A stretch of DNA of 64,000 nt from Dicyema japonicum. Taxonomy: Eukaryota; Animalia; Dicyemida. The stretch spans positions 322,395 through 386,394 of the forward strand of contig RDEW01000001.1 of assembly GCA_011109175.1 (NCBI GenBank), given 5' to 3'. Made by a program: the position numbers and the translations under genes. The notes beneath the pieces are model-generated. The model saw only the letters and a list, made by a program, of their open reading frames with translations. It did not search any database and was not told the origin of the DNA. Shown piece by piece: positions 39,186-51,430 of this stretch (its first letter is position 1; each line of letters starts with the position of its first letter).

Positions 39186-39539
39186 TACGGACAATGGATA
39201 ACTCGTCATGCAGAAAGTTAGCATTTATAATCTTCTGCATATTTACTTACAACCTGAGACTTGAAAAGTAAGGGGGAGATAACGATTTACAGAGTGTCGA
39301 AAATAGAGGAGTCTCCCTGATCGTCCCATATTCTAGGTATCATATACAGTTCAACTGCCCAATAGAAAAGCGCCCAAAATATAGAGATTAAAATAATTTA
39401 TCCATTTTTTCAATACTATTTTTTAGTAATTTATTAAACAACATGTTAATAAATAAAAAAGCCATTTGATTTATTAATTAAAATAAAACAGGTTCAAGAT
39501 ATCTTACGTTTTCTAACCGGATTTTCTTGGGAAAAAGTC

Positions 39540-39990
39540 TTCGACCAAGCTCGTCGCGAATGGTGTGCCGAAGGGCTGCATCCGGTTTCGTGCAAAAAGA
39601 GTGAGAACAGAGCACCCCGCTACGTTGTTATGAACAACATTGTCATGCGTGCTCTTGAAGCTGCAGACTTCCCGGTAGTGCTGGAGCCCGTAGGTTTGGA
39701 CGGCGGAGACGGGGAAAGACCAAATGGGCTAACAATCTTTCCGTTCACTGAAAGAAAATCGCTATTATGTGACTGCACTGTTGTGGGTTCTTTTTCCAAC
39801 TTGATGATGCTCAGCTCGTTGCAGTCTGCTGGATCGGCAGCCGATTTGGCCAAGAAAACCAAGATTAAAAATATGGCGTAATTGGAGATCGCTTTCGATT
39901 TATACCGGTGGTAACCGAAACGTCTAATGCTGCGGGAAGTATTACAGCCTTTTTCGTGAAGTAAATTGGTGTGAAATTGGCCCATTGTAA
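39540..39990 (+). mobile_element. CRE-like RLE domain fragment
   Basis: NNIVMRALEAADFPVVLEPVGLDGGDGERPNGLTIFPF..LCDCTVV..AGSAADLAKKTK. Confidence 0.9.
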
Positions 39991-40029
39991 GAACCGTTAA
40001 ACAGCTATATAATATCTAAGAAATTTTCT

Positions 40030-40650
40030 ATCCAGAAGACAATCCCACTTCCGCAGTGATGAACACAGATGACAGGGTTACCCGTTAACCTCAAAGCATC
40101 TTGGAATTTTCAACCGAACTCGAGACCTCCGGAACTTATTACACCGTGCAACTCTTAAACACTATATCTGGAAAATACGGAATTCACGTGCTAGACTTCT
40201 CTCTCTTAATGTTCTATGTCAGGATGTTCTCTAGTCGGGATACTTGACATCATAGAACCACTTCAGGTTGCAAGATGTTCCCCACAAATGTGACCACTGA
40301 AGACTACTTTGTTCGGACGCTCGACGTTTCCCTGGTAAATAAGAACAACAAACCGACTGACCTTGAAAAACAATTTTAAGAAATTGGAGTCGCCTCAGGG
40401 ACAGGTCACTAAAATCTTTGTTGAATCCGAAATTGCCTTGCATGAGGAAGACCTTACAAGACTTTTTGAGGGAATCTGATATTTTCTTACTTCCCCTACA
40501 CTCACCGGTAAAGTGAAGAAAGTTTATGCCGAAGACAACTTGAAAGAACTACTGCCCAAGGTTTTACTTAAATTGACTATAAAACTGAAAAATTGTGTTT
40601 TGAATGACGAAATCGATATTCAAGGACCAAGACAAAGAGAAAAATTTTAA
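40030..40650 (+). pseudogene. Unidentified degenerate intronless ORF
   Basis: About 200 codons of near-open frame with 4-5 stops and one shift; about 40% GC. Confidence 0.3.
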
Positions 40651-41050
40651 TTAAACCGTGAATCCACTCGAATTGATTCTATCAGAAACGGAAGTTGGCT
40701 TGATGCTGTCGATTATTATTTTAAAAATTTTATTGAAGTAAAGAGATAATTTTGATAAATATGGAATTTTAATCAAGTCCGTCAGAATACGGACAAGTTT
40801 ATCAGCGATATTGTACAATATTAGCAGGAGAAATCCAGTCACCATGAAAGACGCTAAAATAGATTCCAAAATGATATTTCAGTAACGATTTATTGGAATC
40901 AAGCAAATCCATCCAGAACCAGCATAAAAGGTAAAAGACGTCCATTCCTTGCAGTTGTAGGAACCTTACTAGTTGAGTGAGGGAAAATAAATGATGCTAT
41001 GTGTGCCATCCTGCCACTGGGGGACACTTGAGATAGGTGGATCACATGAC
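40651..41050 (-). mobile_element. Non-LTR RT fragment, same family as 13660-13790
   Basis: HLFSLTQLVRFLQLQGMDVFYLL..DLLDSNKSLL..HGDWISP/LILYNIADKLVRIL. Confidence 0.5.
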
Positions 41051-41879
41051 TCCTCTCTATTAAAAAGGGAAGAGAAGAGTAGAACGAAAAAACAGAAATC
41101 TTCAATCAACTAGGCACATGACACTACACTAACGTCAGCACCACGGAGATTTATCCTTCAACAATTGATTTTGTAAGGGAAAAGGTATTCGAAAAAGTGG
41201 CTGTTCCTTTTGAGAAATTTTAAATTTGAAAACGTTTTTATTTTTTTATTTTAATAATATTTTTATTTCTTCTTAATATTATTTAAAAGTCTTCCTACTT
41301 ATGAGGTACGATTCATTTTGCTTAATAACCGTAACCTGATCAACAGATATTGGTTAGCATACATGCGACGAGCAGTACATGCGAGATTCACAAAATACAA
41401 AAAAATTTTCTTAATAAAACTTTAATTGGAAAAAATTATTAATAATATTAAAATTACATATAGTACATATTTTTATTTAAAATATTAATTATAAAACATG
41501 TATCTAGTGAATCCCACACGTGATACCTTGGAAAAATTAGGATCTACTGTGCTACTGGTAAGATCGATAATTGCCCTGACTAGAGAGAAGGAGTTAAAGT
41601 TAAAATAAAAGAATTCATTTTAAAAGATTTGAAACCTTACATATAAAAATGGTATAGAACTGAGATACTTTGTGTTCATATTCAGGCATCAAATACAGTA
41701 ATTTTAGTCAACACGATTGCTTGCAACTAAACCTGAAATTACACCAATGATTGCTTATGCTCCAAGAGATCGGTAAATAGTAAATCTTGTTGATTTACGT
41801 AGATATTCTTCTCAAAATGAAAACTATTCTTGGGTAATTTGTTTGCAATATTTTTATCAGCAAGAGTTATGCGATAAAT

Positions 41880-42470
41880 TTGCCATTTCGCATGTTACAT
41901 GACGTCCACGAGATCATTGGATACAAAGACAAGTACACCGGTTTTCGCTTTTTTTATCAATAGATTTAACCAATCAATTAAAAGATGGGATTCTTCCACG
42001 AGTTCATCCAAGGGAAATTTCAAAGACATTGTACGGATTATAAAGACCTTCATACAACAAGACAGCGGCCTTTTGAGATTTTTTACAACGTCAATCTGGA
42101 GAAAAAATGGATCAGGAAAAAATAGAATCGTTGATAAATTTTGCCGGTAGGGTGAAAGAGCCAATAGAATTTTCATCCTTGAATAATTTAGAAGAAAAAC
42201 GAAAAATTGCTCTTGAAAATATAAAGTCAGGTGAAAAGGTAAAAAAACGCCGAAGATTGAAATACGATGAACTCAATTCAGGAGACGAAATTTTATTACG
42301 TCATGATGGGGGTGCCAATGAGGGTAATAGGCGCTATATGACGATGATTCTGCAAACAAGTACCAAGATGTAAGAAAGGAGAACTGATAACTATTGTTGA
42401 CCAGGACGAAGAAAATAATGAACATAACACTGTTCATATTAGTGGAGTATAAAAATTGTGACCCTTGAAA
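41880..42470 (+). mobile_element. Gypsy-like integrase C-terminal relic
   Basis: HTTRQRPFEIFY; RKIALENIK..LNSGDEILLR..TVHISGV. Confidence 0.5.
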
Positions 42471-42653
42471 TTTTTTACGATGTGTGCTTTTTAAATTGGA
42501 TCACTTTTTTTGATTACTAACATTACCTGGGATAGGGCTAGAGTTAGGGTTGATTTAAAATAGATTAGCTTGACAGATTGTAATTTTAAATCTTTATGTT
42601 AGAAATTAAAAAAATGATTAAATTTTTGAGATAAAATTAGTATGGCTAACTAA

Positions 42654-42880
42654 TACGAAGCACTACGCGACCGATTCGCGTTTTATCCGATTGTGGTCGA
42701 GACAACTGGAGGAATAAGTGGAAAATCGCTTCGCTACCTAAAAAACTTGGACGCTTAGCTACATTAAAAAGCCACGACGCACGTGAGATCCGGTGGCTTC
42801 TCCAGTTGATCTCTGTTGCAATCGTGAGGGTCAACGCAACGTCGATAATGTTGGCGAGGTTAACTTTGGATAGCAGTGTT
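42654..42880 (+). mobile_element. CRE-like RLE C-terminus
   Basis: YEALRDRFAFYPIVVETTGG..LRYL / KLGR..REIRWLLQLISVAIVRVNATSI. Confidence 0.88.
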
Positions 42881-44499
42881 AAATGAAAAAATAAATTTAT
42901 GTTGGTTAAATAAAGTTTGGTTATTGTAATAAAATTTGCAAAAATTAGTTATTTATTTTAATTTGTAGGTAATTCCCATTCGATTGTAGAGAGTGAGAGC
43001 TATTCGCCCGTGTTTAGATTCAGGCGTTCACGAAATTTTACAAAAAGCTAATTCAAATATACTGGATTTTTATTTGAAATGGACTTTTTTTAAAATTGAA
43101 TGAAGTTTCATAGGCATTACAAAAAGGATTATATTAATTAATTTAATTGATTGTCAAAGAATTATTAATACGCTCATTAAAAAAGTTGAATTTTTTTTTC
43201 AATTTAGCTCGGAACCAACAAGTCTCTCGCAGATCGTTGCTCACAGCTTGAATCATGGAGCCGATTATTTTTCATAAAAGATTTAGCTTGATAAAAAAAT
43301 TTGGACTCTAGATTTTTATGATGATACTTTTGATGACAACAATTCAAAAATTTACCAATTTCACTTAAAATCTTTGGCCCGAGATTTTAAAAAAATGAAT
43401 AATTACCCCCAATTCATTGTATATTTCGGTTACAAATTTTGGGGTAACTCCATTATTCTACACAAATAATAAAAATAAACATCAATCTGATTACTTCATA
43501 AGTCCCCTTATGTGATTACTTCAGAAATTCATTAGGTTACACCTACCTCAATTAGAAGTTGTCAATCTGGAGTAAATATCCCCTATGACCATAAGTAAAT
43601 TTAATTAACCCCCACCAATACAACTTTAATAGCGTTGCATATGATCCTTTACATCACAAACCATCGGGTTAATTTTATCATCCTTTACAGCTACTAGCGT
43701 ATGGTGGAAACCTTGGGTGAACATCGGATTCCTACTACACCTCCGAAGGAACCAAAAAGCAACAAGATCACGTGGATCTCGATATCAATCACTAAAATTC
43801 AATATTTTGAATCGCCTCACATTCATGAATCCCACCAGAATCGTTCAATAACTCGATATAGCCTTGGGTTAGATTTCCCCCACTGGCTTCTTTGTCAGGG
43901 TTTCTCTACCTTTCTTTGTGTCTTCTCTTTCCTTGTTCATATAGAGTAGAGTGATGAGATCTATAATTCTCTGGTGGCGCCCAGTGCCAGGGTAGCACGA
44001 CAATTGATCATTTGCTTGGGTTCACACGACTGCAAAAACTGAACACCACCTTCCCTTCCTCTCTTCTGGATAGAGTTGTGTGTGATCCTTATATACCAGT
44101 TTGTGAAGTCTACGATGTAGCATGCATGTACCTTTTGTGCTTACGGAATTTCAATTTAAGATTCAACAGGATAAATTCCTAAGAACAAAAATCGTCCTCA
44201 TAACCAATTCTCTGTTCAGTTTTCCCTCCCATTACTCGACAACGCGGCAATCCGGAGTAATCGTTCCGGCTTCATCACTTTTTGTGGCTTTATGTCTGTC
44301 GCTTCTACCAATCAGCGATAGAAGCGTACAATTAAATTTGGTAAAAAAACTCACACCTTTCCAAATTCTCATGAAAGAGGAACGTCGTAGATTCAGGAAA
44401 GCTATGGGTACTGGAGGAGCACAGCGCAAAAAGTCACTTACTTCCATCTCCAGTCGCTCCTTTGCTGTCAATAAAAGTCTGTACCACAGCTCTTTCACC

Positions 44500-44880
44500 T
44501 TGTCAGGAATTTTTTTTCAATGATGATCAAAAATAAACCTGATGGGCTCTGATTTGACATCAAAGACCTCAAACATGTTTTTTACTGTTTTAACTTTGAA
44601 AAAAACGTTCACAACTAACAATTGAGTAGCCAACTGTGAGTTATGAACGAATGCAAAGTTGGAAAAACATTTTAGCCAGTTCAACTTTTGAAGCCATAAA
44701 ATCCTTCGCAATTCTGTTTCTACTTCGGAAAAGAGAGTCAACGATTTCTTCGTAGAAAATAGATGAGTTCATGTCAGTCTCAAAATAACTACCAAAATTC
44801 TGACATTTTCGGTTCAAGGTTTCCAAATGTTCCTTGTTTTCAACATCAATTGAATCCAGCCTTAACAAAACGAAAGCTTG
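44500..44880 (-). mobile_element. hAT transposase C-terminal relic (ZMYM1-like)
   Basis: FETDMNSSIFYEEI... followed by a decayed IVSCERFF dimerization motif. Confidence 0.55.
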
Positions 44881-45179
44881 TCAGGGAACCTACGAACCCG
44901 GAATGTGCGTTCTAAAAGTTAGACCTTCAGTCTGTGTCCGAATTTAATTTATTAAGAAAAAAAGAGAGTGAATGGTCAATAGCGGCCGACTGGAGATGGA
45001 AGTAAGTGACTGCGTGGCTATTTCCCCTCAAGAGATTCGCTCAAATAACCAGGAGCGCTCATGGGTGTCTCCTGATCGTGTAGAAATTCGATTCCTGAGA
45101 CGACTCAAGAATTCCAGCGTCGCAGGCTTAAGGGAACCAGATGTCTTAAGGGAGTGTAACGAACAAAAAATAATTGGGT

Positions 45180-45480
45180 AGGGCCGCGTACTTTACCCTT
45201 TCAATCCCTCGGCCTTCTCAGCGGCAGAACAGGCTCCAGAGGCATTCTGTAGTAAGTTGTCGATGGAGGTGACGTCAAGAGGATTTCCGGCTTCAAAAGG
45301 AAAGGTTATCATTCCAATCTGGTCGTTTTCCGTCACGCCTACAAAGACAGACTGGTTCGAGCATGGAGCGGTATCCGACGGCGTCCAAAGATAACCTAAC
45401 GACTTTGTTCATGGTCATGTGACTGAAAAATCTGCTTGCACTCTTCAGTCTTAATGAGGTCCTCAGATTTAAGGTCAATA
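45180..45480 (-). mobile_element. CRE-like RLE fragment (duplicate at 52160-52490)
   Basis: MNKVVRLSLDAVGYRSMLEPV.LCRRDGKRPD..FPFEAGKPLDVT..SAAEKAE. Confidence 0.88.
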
Positions 45481-46269
45481 ATTCTATCGAGCCTATCTAA
45501 AACTAAATATTAACTTTTTTTCATTAATTACTTCAATAGAGAGGGAACTCTTATCTAATGTTGAGAATGAAGTTTTGTATATTTCTTCAATAAGAAAGTT
45601 CAAAACGTAGCTATCGAAATACGCTCTATAAATCATCCAGTCACACGTGGATTATTGGTGGCCCTTTAGATCATTGAGCTAATCTAACGGAGTTGATCGT
45701 CAGCTTGTAGTCCAAGGATTTCTGACGTCTCAATGAGACAAACAAGTGATCTTCCTAAATGTTTCGATACTTCCTTCTCTTAAGACCCTCGGTTTGAACA
45801 GAAGCATGACCTGGCCAAATAATTCTATGGAAGTTGGAAGAGAGAACTGATAAGTACTGCAGCAAAACCAAATTGTTGGGCACCTTCTTAGGGGACCACA
45901 AAGATAGTAAATAGAAAACAATTGCAAATGCAACTTTACAAAAGTTTACAATGTAAAACATATATGTTAATGATTGAATAACTAATATTTTGGGAAAATT
46001 ATCGGATTTGTTAAATCGGATTAGAATTTTTAAAATCACCCCAATTCGATAGGTAACACAATGTATATTATCAATGTAATATTTAGTATTACGATTATTT
46101 TGAATATTTTAATTTTCATATAAATTCATTAAAAAGTTTAAATATCATAATTATATGAGAAAAAAATTAATTTTTATTAAATTTAAACAAAATTGTAAAA
46201 ACCAAATTTTACTAATTGAAACATAAAATATAATAAATATAAAAGATTAAGTTATTATCAATAAAATTA

Positions 46270-48521
46270 ATGACAAGTTATAGCCAAATTATAGTGATTT
46301 TGATATATACAAAAATGAGTAAAGAAGTCACCGGATATAAAAAGAGCGATTACTCCGTCCCAACATGGCTAGTTCCAATAAAATCTAATGATCAGACCTT
46401 TTCTATCTTATTTCAGGGAATCGTAAATTTGACATATTTTGATTCAAATCAAAACGTATTAAATATTATAAACAAAGTTTCGTGAAGTTAATCTGAATGA
46501 TTCTACGATTCATTATGGGAAGAAAACTGACTCTCCACAATATTATATATATTTGTTATCAAGAGGAAACGGAATTGAATTAGATTTCGATGTTATAAAT
46601 GGAGAAGTTAATATAATAAAATTCGTGATAATTAACTATTGTAAAATGATAATTTAATCTAAGATATGGGGTTTAATGATATTAATAAGTATTCGAATAA
46701 AGCATTGAAGAATACTTACTTGGACTGTCCTAACTTGTTGATACAATCTGGCACAAAATATAAAGCGAAAATTTATCATATGCAATTTCAAATTTTTAAT
46801 GGAAAAAATGGCACAAGTTTTTATGGAAAAAGTTAAATTTATCATAAAAATAGAATCAACGTGTGATCCCACGATACCTAAAATGAAATAGTTAATCGAC
46901 CGAATGGTAAAATTATAATTCATTTTTAGAAAATGATGGTATAACTAAAACTACAAGTAAAATATAATTTTATTCCTTTAGTCCTAATGCTGACAGTTCT
47001 AAGGAAATAAGTATAGAAGTCACCGGATATAAAAAAAGCGATTGCCCAGTACCAACATGGCTAGTTCCAATAAAATCTAATGATCAGACCTTTTCTGTTT
47101 TATTTCAAGGAATCGTAAATTTGACATATTTTGATTCAAATCAAAACGTATTAAATATTATAAACAAAGTTTCATGAAGTTAATCTAAATGATTCTACGA
47201 TTCAATTTGGGAAGAATACTGACTCTCCACAATATTATATATATTTGTTATCAAGAGGAAACGGAATTGAATTAGATTTCGATGTTATAAATGGAGAAGT
47301 TAATATAATAAAATTCGTGATCATTAACTATAGTAAAATGATAATTTAATCTAAGATATTGGGTTTAATGATACTAATAAGTATTCGAATAAAGCATTAA
47401 AGAATAGTTACTTGGACTGTCCTAACTTGTTGATACAATCTGGCACGCATAAGGCGAAAATTTATCATATGAAATTTCAAATTTTTAATGGAAAAAATGG
47501 CACAAGTTTTTCTGGAAAAAGTTAAATTTATCATAAAAATTAGAATCAACGTGTGATCCCACGATACCTAAAAATGAAAAAGTTAATCGACTGAATGGTA
47601 AAATATAATTCATTTTTTAGAAAATGATCGTACAACTAAAACTACAAGTAAAATATAATTTTATTCCTTTAGATCCTAATGCTGACAGTTCTAAGGAAAT
47701 AAGTATAGAAGTCACCGGATATAAAAAAAGCGATTACCCCGTACCAACATGGCTAGTTCCAATAAAATCTAATGATCAGACCTTTTCTGTTTTATTTCAA
47801 GGAATAGTAAATTTGACATATTTTGATTCAAATCAAAACGTATTAAATATTATAAACAAAGTTTCGTGAAGTTAATCTGAATGATTCTACGATTCAATTT
47901 GGGAAGAATACTGACTCTCCACAATATTATATATATTTGTTATCAAGAGGAAACGGAATTGAATTAGATTTCGATGTTATTAATGGAGAAGTTAATATAA
48001 TAAAATTCGTGATCATTAACTATAGTAAAATTATAATTTAATCTAAGATATTGGGTTTAATGATACTAATAAGTATTCGAATAAAGCATTAAAGAATAGT
48101 TACTTGGACTGTCCTAACTTGTTGATACAATCTGGCACGCATAAGGCGAAAATTTATCATATGAAATTTCAAATTTTTAATGGAAAAAATGGCACAAGTT
48201 TTTATGGAAAAAGTTAAATTTATTATAAAAATTAGAATCAACGTGTGATCCCTCGATACCTAAAAATGAAAAAGTTAATCCACTGAATGGTAAAATATAA
48301 TTCATTTTATAGAAAATGATCGTACAACTAAAACTACAAGTCAAAGTAAAAAATAATTTTATTTTTTTGGTCCTAATGTTCATAGTTCTAATGGACAAAA
48401 TATTGGTATTTCTGAAGAACCAAATGTTGATAGTTTAAAGAGGCTAAAGGTTGATAGTTCTTTAAAACGTACAATTTTGGGTAAATTAATGATTTTCCTG
48501 CTGGGAATATTAGTTATTTAA
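46270..48521 (+). CDS. LAMP-like surface protein copy C: three tandem domains
   Basis: Units start at ~46324, 47016 and 47708 (692-bp period) with the same micro-introns. Terminal DSSLKRTILGKLMIFLLGILVI*. There is a -1 homopolymer shift near 46880 and the last acceptor near 48370 lacks AG. Confidence 0.8.
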
Positions 48522-49539
48522 TTATAATTTGGGATTCTGTTATTTTTTGGAGTTGTTTTCTGATTTGTTATTTATTATTTACACTACAGACTGGAAATCT
48601 CAATCCATCTAAACATTTAGATCGATTCTCTGTAAGAATTACCAAAAATGAGTGCATTCATTCATGAATCAATTCATTAATCATTGATGACCAATATTAA
48701 GGCAGGGAATATTTACCAGAGTTCTGGAATGCTCTTGACTTCTTTTTTCTAATGTTAGGTGTTATATACCATCCGGATCCAATGACAAGTAATTACTGAT
48801 GAGGCGTCACTCATAGATGGAACCTTCAGCCGAGATCTACAGCAGCGACATTCCATCAGAGACCATCAGTCATTTGACCCGCTCTTATGTCAATGTACGA
48901 TATAATTATGTCGCGTCTCACCTGCGCTACCAATCATATTTTACTCGTCAATAAATCTGATACCTTCATTCATCAATATTAATAAGTTTCTAATCAAAAA
49001 TCGTTTCGATAAAAAATAAATTTATTTTTTTATGTTTTTATTTTTACTTAATTTATGTTGATTATTTTGAATTATCTTAATCTGTTACAATCTGTTCAGC
49101 TTTAGCAATGGATTAAACCCATAATTTTTTAAAACTCGTACCTTAAATTATTCACAAAAAATAGCTCATTCCCAATTGAAAAATCATATTTGATTGATGA
49201 ACATTTTTTTTGTTCATCTGCTTAAAATATGTTGAATAAATTCAGTTCAAAATGATCTGCATATTAGTTTTCTAGAATACTTAATCAAAAATTACCTGAA
49301 GCATTTGAAATTTGTTCCAATATCCTGTAATGTTAGTGGAAAACATCATCCGAAGTCTCTTTTATGAAATATATAAACTTTTATACTCATGAATGACTGT
49401 GATTATCCCAGAAACTCCTCTTAGTTTATAAAGGGTGTTTCATTCGTAGAGGAATGAATAGAGCTTCGTTTAAAATTTGTTTCAGTTTTTAGTGGATTCA
49501 TCAGCCATTAAATTTGAAAGATAAAGTTTGATTAAACCT

Positions 49540-49822
49540 TTATAAAATAATAACGGCCTTTTCACGAGAGCCATAATATTTATAGCTCCGCATAGGCAGG
49601 ACACACAATTTATTTAAGACAACTCGCAGGACACACAACTCGCATAGGCAGGACACACATTTTATTTAAGTAAAGAACAGTTAATTTTAACTAATCGTAG
49701 AACCAAGGAATGACCTTCACTTCTTTTTTTCTTTTTTTTGAGTGTGGTCTTTTCTAGAAAAATGAGTTCCGCAGTGAGTATCCACTGATGACGGCGTCAC
49801 TCGTCAAATTCCTTCTGCATCG
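49540..49822 (-). repeat. RTE-like LINE 3' end repeat, copy 5, with internal micro-duplications
   Basis: gcaggacacaca is repeated three times at 49595-49660. Confidence 0.8.
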
Positions 49823-50309
49823 TAGATGCGTGGAACTTTCTACCAAGTGAAGTGCAGCGAGAATCGAAATTGTAACTATGATACTAGGTTTATCTAAATA
49901 AACTTTTACATGATCCTCTGAAAAAATAAAATATAATTTCATTACTTCTGATTGCGGATGATCTGATCTTTACAAATATGTCTGATTGATTTTTCACAGA
50001 ATGGGATAAGGTATTTAGTTTTAAACTCTTTTCCTTTTTCTGTTTTGATCTCACAAAAGCCGATTACAAAACAAGTTGTTTCGAATACTTTGCAAATATT
50101 TATTTCACTTAAGGTCTGCATGGATTGTTTATTAGGTTTTTTGGCAATCACGTGGTATTTAGAATCGGAAACACGTCAATCCAAGAATTCTAAAATCACT
50201 ACGAGAATAGAATAGTCAATTCTAAAAATCTAGGCTAAAATTGATCACATTACTCGTTACGTGACCACGTCGCTCAATATATTTTATGTCTTCACAGTTA
50301 TCGCTAATT

Positions 50310-50830
50310 TTGTATTTTTGTAATGTTGGAGAATCTTACAAATGAAATAGAAGGTATCACTAACATGGTTTTCAACAACAATGGTTATCAAACATATCGC
50401 TAAAAATCTTGATGTTCCACTAAAAACAGTCTATCGGATGATAGCGGAATTCAATAATATGGAAAAATTTATAAAAACCTGAAGAAAACGCAAAAAACAT
50501 ATACGACGAAAATTCTCTTTATAAGAGAAAGGTTGAATGAAGAATACGATATTTCATGTTCGAGACTTTCTAATGAAATATTTCAAAATGGAAAAAAATA
50601 AGGGATTTAATGATGCGAGTCTCCAAACAATTGAAGTGTTGACTATGAATCGTTTAATATTAAAAAGATTAATGGAATCGGTAAATTAATTTATTTTTTT
50701 CTCAAATATGGTGTTAGGTTGTTTTTTGAAAATTTCTGGATAATCTGATAGATTCTCTCTTTAGTGTTGAAATTTCGGATTGATGTGATGAAGTGATGTA
50801 AAAGTGTTCTTAATTAGACTTGAACACCCG
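50310..50830 (+). mobile_element. Deleted Tc1/mariner element (duplicate at ~56070-56589)
   Basis: HIAKNLDVPLKTVYRMIAEF HTH. Right end ttgaacacccg|TA. Confidence 0.55.
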
Positions 50831-50979
50831 TATATGCCCGATACGAGTACAGACTATAAAAACCACATTAAACAGGTCATCAGGCACCTAATCACCTCAT
50901 AAAAATGATTGATTGACAGGTGACATGTAGCCTATTAAAGTAGTCAAAATGTTTTCCAAATTTCATTTTTTTTTGATGT

Positions 50980-51430
50980 ACTTGAGATCAGCATCAAGTA
51001 TCCATGTAAATGTGATCCTTGGTTGATCCAGTCCAACAAAGTACTCCTCCATCGCTATATACGCTGGGGTATCCAATTCCGATCTCAATATATGTCCAGA
51101 AAGCCTTCATCTAAAATCAGTGATCGAAGAGTCAAAGGATCAGTGGAAGCAAACATTACATAAATTTTTTTTGTCTATTTTCTTAGGCTAATTCAGTCCA
51201 CCATTGTCCTGAGCAGCCTTCAATGAATCTATCCCATGTTACTCAGCCCTGGACATTGTCCACGTTGATGAATTATTTTTAACATTTTTTTCAGCGCAGC
51301 AGTAGCAGGGGTATTTCCGAGCGATATCCTCACTTTCTCTAGGACCCAAGTTTATTGGTCTTCTTCCATGGTTCATCCGATCTTTTTTCTGTTTATATGA
51401 TATCAACTGCTTCCGTTTTGTAAACATTCA
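50980..51430 (-). mobile_element. RTE-like C-terminal fragments (duplicate at ~56730-57150)
   Basis: RLSGHILRSELDTPAYIAMEEYF..PRIT; STWT..AAQD. Confidence 0.6.
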
